A stretch of DNA of 64,000 nt from Candidatus Cryptobacteroides sp. (GTDB lineage: Bacteria; Bacteroidota; Bacteroidia; Bacteroidales; UBA932), in the NCBI GenBank assembly GCA_045133255.1, contig JBGUTV010000045.1, positions 11,981 through 75,980 on the forward strand. Direction: 5' to 3'. Shown here piece by piece: positions 20,471 through 30,668 of the stretch (position 1 is its first letter; every line of letters starts with the position of its first letter). Made by a program: the position numbers and the translations under genes. Below the pieces are notes generated by a model, which was not told the origin of the DNA, made no database searches, and worked only from the letters and a program-made list of their open reading frames with translations.

Positions 20471-21691
20471 TTATTCTGCGGTTATTTCATATGACCAAGG
20501 AGCCTTTAGCTCTGCCTTTACGGTCACCTTGTTGCCAGGAAGGGTGCGGGTGAACACGAGTACGCTGTCCTGTGCAGACACAACCTCGAACCTGCCGCCC
20601 TTGTCACCTGCAGCAAGAGCAGGATTTGCGTGACGGATAGAGATCAGTTCCTTGTAGAAATCAAAGTACTCATTCTTCTCCCATGCAGGAATCGGATCCT
20701 TTTCGAAGAACTGGAATCTGTGGTTCCAGCCCATTTCCTGACCGGTGTAGATCAGAGGCTGACCGCTTGGAAGAGTGAATGTAAGCACCGCCATAAGCTT
20801 TGCCGCGTCACCCATTCTCTCGAACTCGGTACCGGCCCATGAATTCTCATCATGATTCGATGTGAACATAAGGCGGGATGCATCTGCTGGCTGTCTCTCC
20901 GCATCCTTTGCGATATACTCGAGAAGTTCAGGAATATTCTTTTCGCCACGGGCAATGGAGTTCATAAGGTGATGAAGTTCCCAAGCATATGAGGCATTGA
21001 AGTCTGAAAGAGAATGAAGCTTAGGCTCCTCGCCCTCGGCAAGCATGTACATTCCAGGATAGTCTGCACGAAGTCCTGCGATGGTCTCCTGCCAGAACTC
21101 GAGGGGAACCTCGCATGCCATATCGCAACGGAATCCGTCGATTCCTTTCTCCATCCAGAATCTCATTGCGTCCGCCATTCCTTTCCACACGTCCTTGTTC
21201 CCGTAATTGAGGTTTGCGGTGTCGGACCAGTCTGCTGTAAAGGTAGTCTTGCCTTCTGCATTTCTCTCATACCACTCCGGTGCGCGTTCTGTTGTCCAGA
21301 CAGCATCAGGTGAAGTATGATTTGCAACACAGTCAATCACTACGCGAAGTCCCAGTCTGTGAGCCTCGGCAAGAAAGGCCTCGAAATCAGCCATTGTACC
21401 GAACTCTGGGTTGATGTCGCAATAGTTCCTGATCGCATAGTATGAACCGAGTGTTCCCTTACGTCCGTCGATTCCGATAGGATGAATCGGCATGAGCCAG
21501 AGGATGTCGATTCCAAGTTCCTGAAGACGCGGGAGCTCTTTCTGAGCTGCCGCAAATGTTCCCTCCGGAGTATACTGACGTACGTTCATCTCGTATACAA
21601 CGCAATTCTCAAGAGGCTGCTGGACAGTCTCCTGAGCGCATGATGCTGCGAGAAGGATGATGGTTGTTAAAGCAACTAATACTTTTTTCAT
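20471..21691 (-). CDS. GH13 alpha-amylase family lipoprotein
   Basis: Lipobox LAASC; YEMNVRQYTPEGTF, DCVANH, DGFRCDMA, LAE, SNHDEN. Confidence 0.9.
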   Translation of the reverse strand: MKKVLVALTTIILLAASCAQETVQQPLENCVVYEMNVRQYTPEGTFAAAQKELPRLQELGIDILWLMPIHPIGIDGRKGTLGSYYAIRNYCDINPEFGTMADFEAFLAEAHRLGLRVVIDCVANHTSPDAVWTTERAPEWYERNAEGKTTFTADWSDTANLNYGNKDVWKGMADAMRFWMEKGIDGFRCDMACEVPLEFWQETIAGLRADYPGMYMLAEGEEPKLHSLSDFNASYAWELHHLMNSIARGEKNIPELLEYIAKDAERQPADASRLMFTSNHDENSWAGTEFERMGDAAKLMAVLTFTLPSGQPLIYTGQEMGWNHRFQFFEKDPIPAWEKNEYFDFYKELISIRHANPALAAGDKGGRFEVVSAQDSVLVFTRTLPGNKVTVKAELKAPWSYEITAE

Positions 21692-21717
21692 ATTCAGTTT
21701 TTATTATTCTTTTGGTT

Positions 21718-21745
21718 TAGATTCCCGGTCAAGCCGGGAATGACG
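21718..21745. repeat. REP-like palindrome copy
   Basis: TAGATTCCCGGTCAAGCCGGGAATGACG, identical to 20424-20451. Confidence 0.9.
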
Positions 21746-21753
21746 GTGGGCAC

Positions 21754-23709
21754 CTAGTATTCTGCGAGGATGGTTGCTGAGGTAGGGGCAGCAGTGATGG
21801 TCCTGCCGGAGAATGCTCCGAGTCCATCCGGATCTGCCACGCCGTTCTGAGCAAGCGGCACATAGTTACCTGCCGGAATGTCAAGCTTTACAGGCTTCTT
21901 TGAACCATTAAGAACGACTGTCAGGGATCTCGAAGGATCTATACCACTGAGATCGTTGATTCTAAATGCCACAACGCACGGATCATCCACTTCAATGAAC
22001 TGAAGCTTCTCACGCACAAGCTCAGCATCTGCCAAGCAGAAGCCAGGATGCTCGTGACGGATGGCTGCCAACGCAGCATAATAGTCCACAAGATCCTTAT
22101 ATCTGGTCTTATATGTCCAGTCTATTGCATTGATGCTGTCCGGCCTGTTATAACTGTTCTTCACACCCTGCTTGTGACGGTAAAGCTCCTCTCCATTGAA
22201 GATGAACGGAATGCCCTGAGATGTGTAGACAGCAGTCTGGGCAAGCTTGACCATTGCCAGACGCTCCTGCTCGGATGCATCAGTCGCCTCTTCAAGACGG
22301 TCACGGAGACAGTGGTCATCATGACAGCTCACGTAGCTTACGTGCTGAAGAGGGTTGTTTGTCCAGAACGGAACACTTACCTGCGGATGCTCTACTCCTC
22401 CGGCAATTCCGAACTCGACATTCGCCTTATTGCCTTCAACTCCATCCATGAAGCCGGCATTTTCACAGCCGAGAGGTCCACGGATGGCATCACGGATATT
22501 GTCGCTGAAGGCACCGACCTTATCCATAAGATGTGTATTGATCTTCAGTGCAATCTTATCCTCCGGTAATGCCGGCGCAGAAGCCGCCCATCCCTCACCG
22601 TAGATCACTACATCAGGGTCGATTGCATGAAGTCTTTCGCTGATCTCGTTCATCGTGTCGAGGTCATGGATTGCCATAAGGTCGAAACGGAAACCGTCGA
22701 TATGGTATTCCTTCATCCACCACTCGAGCGACTCGATCATGAATTTGCGGAACATGGCCTGTTCCGAAGCTGTCTCATTACCGCAGCCGGAGCCATCATA
22801 GTAGGTTCCATCCGGGCGCATACGGTAGAAATATCCAGGCATTGTGCGTTCGAAACCAGTGTTCGAAGCATTGGTGGTGTGATTGTACACAACATCAAGA
22901 ATGACCCTTATTCCAGCCTTGTGAAGAGCCTGAACCATCTGCTTGAACTCGCGGATACGGGTTACAGGATTGAACGGATCTGTAGAATATGAGCCTTCAA
23001 CCGCATTGTAGTTGAACGGATCATAACCCCAGTTATACTGATTGTTCTCCAGATGCTCTTCATCGACTGTGATGAAGTCAGTAGAAGGAAGCAGCTGAAC
23101 ATATGTGACACCCAGTTCCTTAAGATGGTCGATACCGGTTGCCAGACCATCAGGATTCTTTGTTCCCGGCTCAGTAAGGGCAAGATATTTACCTTTATTG
23201 CTGACACCTGAAGTATGATGTATCGAGAAGTCACGGTGGTGCATCTCATATACGATGATATCGGACGGCTTGATGACCGGCTTCACATCATTATCCCAAC
23301 CTTCAGGATCTGTATCATCCCAATCAACCACAGCACCACGCCAGCCGTTTACTCCGACGGCTTTTGCTGCAATGCCGGCAGTCTCCGGCAACCACTCTCC
23401 GTTTCTCTTGATCTGGAATGTGTAGAATGCACCTTTAAGATTCCTGCGCACAGTAACCTTCCAAAGTCCGTCCTTTGAAAGATCCATATCAAATGTCCCG
23501 AAAGCAGACTCGTCTGCTGCAGAATGATAAAGACGCAACTGCGCGGCCTCCGCATCCGGAGACCACACAGAAAACGTCGATTTATATCGTCCATAGACAC
23601 ATTCCTCAAGCGGAGCAGCCGGAATGGCATCTGCACTGCGGCTGACGCACGAAGAAATCATTGCTGCAGACATTGCTGACATTATGATCAGTTTTAATAT
23701 TTTCATCAT
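21754..23709 (-). CDS. pulA: Type I pullulanase (CBM48 + GH13)
   Basis: YNWGYDP signature, DVVYNH, GSGCGNE, DGFRFDLMA, YGEGW, YVSCHDD; putative lipobox ISSC. Confidence 0.92.
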   Translation of the reverse strand: MMKILKLIIMSAMSAAMISSCVSRSADAIPAAPLEECVYGRYKSTFSVWSPDAEAAQLRLYHSAADESAFGTFDMDLSKDGLWKVTVRRNLKGAFYTFQIKRNGEWLPETAGIAAKAVGVNGWRGAVVDWDDTDPEGWDNDVKPVIKPSDIIVYEMHHRDFSIHHTSGVSNKGKYLALTEPGTKNPDGLATGIDHLKELGVTYVQLLPSTDFITVDEEHLENNQYNWGYDPFNYNAVEGSYSTDPFNPVTRIREFKQMVQALHKAGIRVILDVVYNHTTNASNTGFERTMPGYFYRMRPDGTYYDGSGCGNETASEQAMFRKFMIESLEWWMKEYHIDGFRFDLMAIHDLDTMNEISERLHAIDPDVVIYGEGWAASAPALPEDKIALKINTHLMDKVGAFSDNIRDAIRGPLGCENAGFMDGVEGNKANVEFGIAGGVEHPQVSVPFWTNNPLQHVSYVSCHDDHCLRDRLEEATDASEQERLAMVKLAQTAVYTSQGIPFIFNGEELYRHKQGVKNSYNRPDSINAIDWTYKTRYKDLVDYYAALAAIRHEHPGFCLADAELVREKLQFIEVDDPCVVAFRINDLSGIDPSRSLTVVLNGSKKPVKLDIPAGNYVPLAQNGVADPDGLGAFSGRTITAAPTSATILAEY

Positions 23710-23732
23710 GTATATGGTTTTGCTGCAAAGGA

Positions 23733-26651
23733 TTACTTCCAGTCTACAAGGAATACGAATTCACCTTCCTTGAGAGTCGGAGTGTGGTTGGCACCTGTCC
23801 AGACCTCGTCTTTCCTGAAGTAGTTGTACCAGGTACCTCCATGCGGAAGTTCCACGCTGATCACCTGATCACCCTTTCCGAAATTCGCAAAAATCGCCAT
23901 ATTCTTTCCGTCAACCTTGTTGAAAAGATACTTGCCAGGGAAATTTGATGTACCGGCATACCAACGGAATTCTGCATCTGAATCAAAGAAACGAGGATTT
24001 TCCTTACGGAATTTAAGCAGAGCTGCATAAGTGTCATACAGACCTTTTCGTGCAGGGACAGCTACATACTCGTCAGTCAGTACAGGCTTCTCTCCTGTTC
24101 GTCCATTCTCCTCAATTGAAATGTCATATCCGATCTCACCGAACTGCCAGATCATCTTAGGGCCAGGTACAGCCAGGAAGAAGGCAGCATTCGCACCAGC
24201 GCGACGCATTGCAACTGCAAGAGGGTCTTCTGTATTTCCGCTCGCGCTGCCGCTGCCAGCACCTGCCGGTGCAGCAGGACGTGCGCTGCCTGCAGTCATC
24301 AGCCACACTTTCTGTACATCTGGAGAGAAGTATATATCATATGTTCCTGCTGCAGGAACCGCCATATCCTGTGAACCTGATCCAAGTGTAAGTGTATAAG
24401 GTGAATTAAGCGGAAGCTTATAACCCTTGCTGGATGCACCATAGTTATAGGCATCGTTCCACACATTATTGCCACGGATCTTGAACATGTCATCAGCCTT
24501 GAATGTAACATTCTTGGCAGAGAAGAATGCACCATCTGCAGTCATTGCAATGTCCGGTGCAGAACCCCAGTTTGTCAAAGTACCGCAGATTCCCCATTTA
24601 AGAGATGAGGCATCATTAATGGCTCCGTACATGGTACGCTCCTCATCATGGCTCTCCATGTAGCTCACCCATCCGCCATATCTGCCAGACTGATAAGATC
24701 CTGAGAAATCACCGTTTCCACCGGCCATAGATGTACGGTAAGAACCGTTCATGTTTCTCCAGAGCTGGATTCCATGATCTGCAAGAACCGACTCCTCGCT
24801 CCAGTCCGCAAGATGCTCGAAAATGACTACTGCATTATCGTTAACAGACCAGACATGATCCGCATACCCCTTGAGGATGGCAATACGGCTGTCGTCCTTG
24901 TTACCCCAGGCACCAGTATTTCCAAGAGTATTCTTCTGTGTGAAACCTTTGGTAAGGTCAAAACGGAATCCATCCACATCATACTCCTCAAGCAGGAACT
25001 CAAGACTCCTCTTGACATGTTCCTTCACCATCGGATTCTCATGGTTCATGTCATGGAAGACGTTGAAGTCATGCTTGGCAGTCACATTGAACCAAGGGTT
25101 ATTTGCAGCAGTACAGTTAGTCGGAGCATCCCACCACATCTTCGCCCATGGGTGAGAACCTGTCGCATGGTTGTATACAACGTCGACAATGACAGCGATT
25201 CCACGGCCGTGGCACTCATCAATGAACTCCTTATACTGCTCACGGGTACCATACTGCTTGTCAAGGGCGAACCAATGGTTAGGATCATATCCCCAGCTGA
25301 GATTGCCGTCAAACTCCTGGATAGGCATAAGCTCTACAGCCGTAACACCCAGATTCTGGATATAGTCAAGCTGGGACATGGCACCGGCGATATCCTGCGT
25401 CTTGGAGAAATCACGGAAGTGCATCTCATAGATTACAAGGTCATTCTTGTCCTCAACCTTGAAGTTCTTGTTCTTCCATGCATATTCCGGTCTGTTGATC
25501 TGGAATGCGGAAACAAGCTGCCTTGCTCCTTCCGGAAACTCCGGAACCCATGAAATATATTTGTCATTCCACTGATCGTAGACAACCTCAGTGTATGGAT
25601 CGCTGACATAAGTATCCGTTCCGGATGAATTGCCAAGACGGTACTGGAATCGATATTCCTTATCAGCATCGAATCCGCTGAGAGTGATCCACCAGCATCC
25701 TGCTCTATGGTCGCGGTACATCGCTCCCTCGGAAACTCTTTCCCAATTGTTCCAGTCACCTACGATATAACAATAGTCATGGGATTTACCGTCAGTATCC
25801 TTGTCATAGAATACGAAGGTCACGGAATTGTCGGAATTATAATTTATACCGTACTGTACTCCATCCGGCATCACCTTCTCAACAATAGGATCCGGATCAA
25901 ATGGAACAAATACATTCTTATTGTCAATCACCGAACAGAACTGGTCTTCCGGATGACTCTTTATCTCTCCGTCAGCACTTCTTACGATCAAGGCAATCTT
26001 CACGACAGGAGTGTCTCCGCTCTGGAAATACTCTCTGACAGACGGCTCCATCCTGAACTCCCATGAATTGTCGCCTACCTTCTTGAAATGAGTCTTTTCC
26101 TCAGTTGTAGCCCAGTCTGTCGGAACGAACATCCAGTCACCCTCAACGACAACTCCAAAATGTCCGTACAGCTCACCGGTGTGTCCATACAGCGGATTAT
26201 CCGGGGTCGGATTGAACTTGATTGTACATGGCTTGTCTGCATCAGGACATACAGGATCCACCTCTATTCCAGAAGCCGCGACAGGATAGAATTCACCTTT
26301 TTCCACAGTTACTTCAGCTGTACCCGGAGCCTGATTTACTGTCAGGACTATAGGCTGCTGACCTGAGCTGGAAACGGTTATTTCCGCAGAGCGCGGGGTC
26401 GGCGAGTTAGCAGTAACCGACACGGTCACAGTGGCAGACGATGTGCCATATGTACGAGATGTCGACAGCCAGGAATTTCCAGGCGCCACCTTGAGTGTCC
26501 AACCGGCACCTGCAGTTATGACAATGTCCTGACTTCCGGCTTCACCTGAAAACTCCAGAACAGTCGGGGTGACGCTAAACGGCTCGAGCGCTGGTTTACA
26601 GCCTGCGATGACAGCGGACACCACAACCAATATGTAAAGTAATTTCTTCAT
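23733..26651 (-). CDS. Surface GH13 alpha-amylase: BACON-like domain, putative CBM, CBM48 and a GH13 carrying an inserted SusE/F-type module
   Basis: Lipobox IAGC; BACON-like W..TANS.TPRSA.ITV..VNQ; ELMPIQEF, SWGYDP, DVVYNH, DGFRFDLTKG, IFEH, YMESHDEER. Confidence 0.85.
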   Translation of the reverse strand: MKKLLYILVVVSAVIAGCKPALEPFSVTPTVLEFSGEAGSQDIVITAGAGWTLKVAPGNSWLSTSRTYGTSSATVTVSVTANSPTPRSAEITVSSSGQQPIVLTVNQAPGTAEVTVEKGEFYPVAASGIEVDPVCPDADKPCTIKFNPTPDNPLYGHTGELYGHFGVVVEGDWMFVPTDWATTEEKTHFKKVGDNSWEFRMEPSVREYFQSGDTPVVKIALIVRSADGEIKSHPEDQFCSVIDNKNVFVPFDPDPIVEKVMPDGVQYGINYNSDNSVTFVFYDKDTDGKSHDYCYIVGDWNNWERVSEGAMYRDHRAGCWWITLSGFDADKEYRFQYRLGNSSGTDTYVSDPYTEVVYDQWNDKYISWVPEFPEGARQLVSAFQINRPEYAWKNKNFKVEDKNDLVIYEMHFRDFSKTQDIAGAMSQLDYIQNLGVTAVELMPIQEFDGNLSWGYDPNHWFALDKQYGTREQYKEFIDECHGRGIAVIVDVVYNHATGSHPWAKMWWDAPTNCTAANNPWFNVTAKHDFNVFHDMNHENPMVKEHVKRSLEFLLEEYDVDGFRFDLTKGFTQKNTLGNTGAWGNKDDSRIAILKGYADHVWSVNDNAVVIFEHLADWSEESVLADHGIQLWRNMNGSYRTSMAGGNGDFSGSYQSGRYGGWVSYMESHDEERTMYGAINDASSLKWGICGTLTNWGSAPDIAMTADGAFFSAKNVTFKADDMFKIRGNNVWNDAYNYGASSKGYKLPLNSPYTLTLGSGSQDMAVPAAGTYDIYFSPDVQKVWLMTAGSARPAAPAGAGSGSASGNTEDPLAVAMRRAGANAAFFLAVPGPKMIWQFGEIGYDISIEENGRTGEKPVLTDEYVAVPARKGLYDTYAALLKFRKENPRFFDSDAEFRWYAGTSNFPGKYLFNKVDGKNMAIFANFGKGDQVISVELPHGGTWYNYFRKDEVWTGANHTPTLKEGEFVFLVDWK

Positions 26652-26677
26652 GTTGTTTGTAAAATTTGTATCTGGAA

Positions 26678-26706
26678 GCCAGCGGTCCGGTCAGGGGCCG
26701 CTGGCC
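26678..26706 (-). terminator. GC-rich intergenic hairpin after susE/F (partial terminator or mRNA stabiliser)
   Basis: Minus strand GCCAGCGGCCC-CTGACC-GGACCGCTGGC; no strong U-tract directly after it. Confidence 0.5.
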
Positions 26707-26714
26707 TTATTGAA

Positions 26715-28916
26715 TTACTTCGCCTCAGTTATAGGCTTGTCTGGAGTCATGATATAAACCTTGGAATTCTTAAGGTCAAACCAGATGTCATATGTACCTG
26801 CTGCAAGCGTCATATTACCTGATCCACCTGAACAAACGAGATCGTAAACATGATCAACCTCTACCGGGCCTGCGGTCGCAAGACCATAGTTGGCAGCATC
26901 GTTCCATACACCGTTTGCACGGATCTTGAAATTACCTGCAGGCATAGTCACCTTGTAAGCCACGAAAAGTCCCTCAGTTGCCGATGCTTCAAGAGTGATA
27001 TCCGGAGCAGCCCAACCGTTAACATCACCCACGATGCCCCATACATTCTCAGAAGGATCCGGTGCAACGGCCGAACCACCCTCTGCTTCTGTGATAGGCT
27101 TTCCAGGGGTCATGATGTAAACCTTGGAGTTTTTAAGGTCAAACCAGATGTCATATGTACCTGCTGCGATTGTCATGTTCTGCGAACCGCCTCCACAGAT
27201 CAGGTCGTATGCATGGTCAACCTCAACTGAACCGGCAGATGCAAGACCATAATTCTTGGCATCATTCCATTCGTTATTGGCACGGATCTTAATGCCACCA
27301 GCTGTCATCTGAGCATTGTAAGCTACGAAAAGGCCTTCGGTTGCAGTCTTGTACATTGCAATGTCAGGAGAAGATCCCCAGCCGTTTACGTCTCCTACTA
27401 CACCCCACTCGGAAGCCTCAGGAGCGGCGCCGCCACCAGGATATGAACCATCAGTGATGAACCATGCCTTGCCGTTCACGTCATCGAGGTATACATCATA
27501 AGTACCGGCTGTCACAAGAATATTGGCACCGTTTCCTACAACTGCAAGCTCTGTATTTGCTGCAAATGAAACACCTTCAGCAAGACCGAAGTTAGTCTGG
27601 ATCTCATTTCCTGCATCATCCTTGTAGTTCCACTGGCCATCCTTGCGGAACTTGAGTTCACCCTCAAGTTCTACACCCTTGACAACGTGATATGTTCCGT
27701 CTGAAGTGAGCATAAGGTCACCTGCCCATGAGTTGAATGCACCGATAAGGCTCCATCCTACAACAGCAACAGGAGTATCAGGCTCCTCAGGAACAACAGG
27801 CGCACCAGCTTCAGGCTCATCCTTGCCGAACATCTTCTCATTGAGCTCATAAGTCATCTCACCGGAGTTGTTCATGTTGAGATAAACACGATAGTTACCT
27901 GCAGTTACAGGAATATTGTCACCGCTGTCAAGAATACCAGGAGTCTTGGAACCATATGAAACAGCCCAGTCTGCGTCAAGGCGGAACTTGAATCCACCAT
28001 CCTGAGCAACCTCTATGTCGGCATAGAACTTCTGCTTAGTCGCGTTGAACGACATCACGACATCAGAACCCCATCCGTTGAAATCACCGACAACACCGAT
28101 CTGGTCGAATCCTATGGTCTTGGTCAAAAGAAGTGTACCCTTATCAAATGAGAAATGATAGAAACGCTTGCTATAGTGCTTGAGGTCCTTTGAACCACCG
28201 CCGTTGATAAGCTGAGTCTTTTCAGCCTCCGGCTCATAAGCAATAGACTCGTCACCACCCCAGTTGCAAGTGTCATCCCACTTACCTACACCGGTAACCT
28301 TCCAACCGTTGGCAGCCTTCTCACCGAAATCAACAACACCCTGATAAACCTTGTCATCACCGGCAAAGTCAAAAAGGAACTGAGACTGGTCATGAGACCA
28401 TCCGCAGTAGTCTCCGATAACCCACACCTTAGGATATACCTTCTCAGCTGCAGTCACGGTGCAAAGAACCTTGATTACATTCGAGTAGACTTTTGCACTG
28501 TTTCCAACCTTTGCGCTTACCGAGAACGCAACCTCTTCCTCAAGACCGCTTTCAAGCATAAGGTCATTGAAAAGAATCTGATTCAGCGCATCATAAGTCA
28601 CAGTCGCATTAATGTGGCTGGATACTGTAGTAGTGTCATTGATGCCTGACACGATCACTACCTTTGTGCCGGCAGCCTCTGCCTCAATAGAGTAGTTTAC
28701 CTCTGTAGCAACACCATAATCTGCGGGTGTCCAAGAGAATGTAACCTTCTCCAGACCCATATTGGTAGGCGTGATCGAAATAGGGCCGTCAAGAGCCTCA
28801 AGTACCGGAGCCACCACATCCTCTGCAGAAGGAAGCATAACCATATCCTCCTTCATTGAGCAGGAAGCCATTCCGAACACAGCCGCAAGAGCTATAAAAT
28901 ATTTTGTAAATTTCAT
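26715..28916 (-). CDS. SusE/SusF-family starch-binding outer-membrane lipoprotein, about five repeated modules
   Basis: Lipobox MASC; SusE-like N-domain (FSWTPADYG..VNYSIE); repeated W/IGxxGxxNGW..KxR..W..YG..N..AGTYD modules; directly downstream of susD. Confidence 0.85.
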   Translation of the reverse strand: MKFTKYFIALAAVFGMASCSMKEDMVMLPSAEDVVAPVLEALDGPISITPTNMGLEKVTFSWTPADYGVATEVNYSIEAEAAGTKVVIVSGINDTTTVSSHINATVTYDALNQILFNDLMLESGLEEEVAFSVSAKVGNSAKVYSNVIKVLCTVTAAEKVYPKVWVIGDYCGWSHDQSQFLFDFAGDDKVYQGVVDFGEKAANGWKVTGVGKWDDTCNWGGDESIAYEPEAEKTQLINGGGSKDLKHYSKRFYHFSFDKGTLLLTKTIGFDQIGVVGDFNGWGSDVVMSFNATKQKFYADIEVAQDGGFKFRLDADWAVSYGSKTPGILDSGDNIPVTAGNYRVYLNMNNSGEMTYELNEKMFGKDEPEAGAPVVPEEPDTPVAVVGWSLIGAFNSWAGDLMLTSDGTYHVVKGVELEGELKFRKDGQWNYKDDAGNEIQTNFGLAEGVSFAANTELAVVGNGANILVTAGTYDVYLDDVNGKAWFITDGSYPGGGAAPEASEWGVVGDVNGWGSSPDIAMYKTATEGLFVAYNAQMTAGGIKIRANNEWNDAKNYGLASAGSVEVDHAYDLICGGGSQNMTIAAGTYDIWFDLKNSKVYIMTPGKPITEAEGGSAVAPDPSENVWGIVGDVNGWAAPDITLEASATEGLFVAYKVTMPAGNFKIRANGVWNDAANYGLATAGPVEVDHVYDLVCSGGSGNMTLAAGTYDIWFDLKNSKVYIMTPDKPITEAK

Positions 28917-28943
28917 ATCTTTCTGATTTTAAGTATTTGGGCA

Positions 28944-30656
28944 TTATTCCTCATATCCAGGATTCTGCTTGAGATCAGGATTTGAAGCACGCTCGGTTGC
29001 CGGAATGGCAAAGAGGTTTCTTGTCGCATCCAGACCCTTGCCTGCATAGTCGTCACCACCCTTGTAAGGCCAAAGGAAGTCTTTTGAAGTATATTTGCCA
29101 TAACGTACAAGGTCTGTACGACGATGACCTTCCCACATAAGCTCACGTGCGCGCTCAGCAACAAGCCAATCTATTGTCACGTTAGTCTCTGCCTTGATTC
29201 CAGCACGGTCAGCAAGAGCCTTGATCTGCTCTGCGGCGCTTCCGCCGGCAGTCATACAAGCCTCTGCATAGATGAGGTGAATCTCACCGAGACGGATCAT
29301 AGGGAAGTCAACATCAGCATTTGTTGCTGTTCCTGCAACTGATGCATACTCCTCGATAGTCTTGTCATGAGGAACACTGTTGAACTTGAGGCAAGTCCAT
29401 CCGTAGAGGAAGTCATAAAGATGATCCTTCATTGACTGCTCACGCTTTAAGATATAGAACATCGAACCTCTCTTGTCAGCTACCTTATAACCGTTGTTAC
29501 GGGTATAGAGTTCCTGAGTTGTGGTTGCATAACCAGGATCATAAGTGTAGTCGATGTCTGTAGGAGCGAAATACTTCTCTACATATTCATATGGTACACG
29601 GATACCACCCCATCCGCCATTCACACCGTTAAGACGCCAAGGCTGCTTGCCACAGTCGTCAGATGCAGTAGAGGCGAGTGTAAGGAATGTTGTTCCGCCA
29701 TAAGACTTAGTCTTGATTCCATCATATGCCACAGCAAAGAGGAACTCGTTTCTTGCCTGAACATTCTCACCGTTGTCACCTCTGAAGAGAGCTGCATAGT
29801 CAGGGCAGATAGAATATTTGCCGAGACCATAGATGCGCTCACATGTATCCTTTGCAAGCTGGCTCCAAGTCTTTCCGGCAGCGTTTGACCCAGTTCCTGT
29901 ATAAACCTTACCATTAATATAAAGACGTGCAAGAAGACCAAGGCATGAACCCTTGTCTGCGCGTGGATAATTTGCCTGTGCTGCAGGCATATCGCTGCCT
30001 TCTGCAGCAAGAGCCTCAAGCTCCTCTACGCAGAAATTGAAGATATCCGCACGGCTTGCCTGTGGAGGGTTGTATCCGCCACCGAATGGTGAATTCTCGG
30101 TAGAGAACGGAACTGATCCGAATGTATCAAGTGCCATCCAATAGAAATAAGCTCTGAGGAAACGTGTCTCGGCACGGAATCCTGCAATCTTTGCCTTAAG
30201 GTCATCAGATACACCTCTAAGCTCAAGTCTGCTGTCCTCAGTCTGACGAAGATACTCGTTTGCATATGCTACACCCTGGAGAGTACGCACATATACAGAG
30301 TAGATCATATGATTGTGCTGAGCTGTCCATGTGTTACGGTTAAGGTCCTGAGCCCATGAGTCATTACCCCAGCCCACCTTGCAGGCATCAGTAGTAATCT
30401 CCTGAGTAGACCAGAATGTACGGATGAGCTCTGACGAACCACCGTCATCTACAATAAGGTCCTTGGTGTTGTTCGAAGCGAACTGAGCATACACCTTGGT
30501 GAGACCCTGAACATAACCAGCCTCATCTGCGCCATATGCAGACTCAGAAGTAACTGTCCTGTCATCCAGCGGGGTTGTATCCAGGTCTCCGATACAGGCT
30601 GTAGCCATCACTGAAACAACTACAGCAGAAAATATATACTTGAAATTCATTTTCAT
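28944..30656 (-). CDS. susD: SusD/RagB nutrient-binding lipoprotein
   Basis: Lipobox ATAC; ETRFLRAYFYW, LLARLYIN, IRLGEIHLIYAEA, ERARELMWEGHRRTDLVRYG, LKQNPGY. Confidence 0.95.
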   Translation of the reverse strand: MKMNFKYIFSAVVVSVMATACIGDLDTTPLDDRTVTSESAYGADEAGYVQGLTKVYAQFASNNTKDLIVDDGGSSELIRTFWSTQEITTDACKVGWGNDSWAQDLNRNTWTAQHNHMIYSVYVRTLQGVAYANEYLRQTEDSRLELRGVSDDLKAKIAGFRAETRFLRAYFYWMALDTFGSVPFSTENSPFGGGYNPPQASRADIFNFCVEELEALAAEGSDMPAAQANYPRADKGSCLGLLARLYINGKVYTGTGSNAAGKTWSQLAKDTCERIYGLGKYSICPDYAALFRGDNGENVQARNEFLFAVAYDGIKTKSYGGTTFLTLASTASDDCGKQPWRLNGVNGGWGGIRVPYEYVEKYFAPTDIDYTYDPGYATTTQELYTRNNGYKVADKRGSMFYILKREQSMKDHLYDFLYGWTCLKFNSVPHDKTIEEYASVAGTATNADVDFPMIRLGEIHLIYAEACMTAGGSAAEQIKALADRAGIKAETNVTIDWLVAERARELMWEGHRRTDLVRYGKYTSKDFLWPYKGGDDYAGKGLDATRNLFAIPATERASNPDLKQNPGYEE

Positions 30657-30668
30657 ATCAATCTCGCA

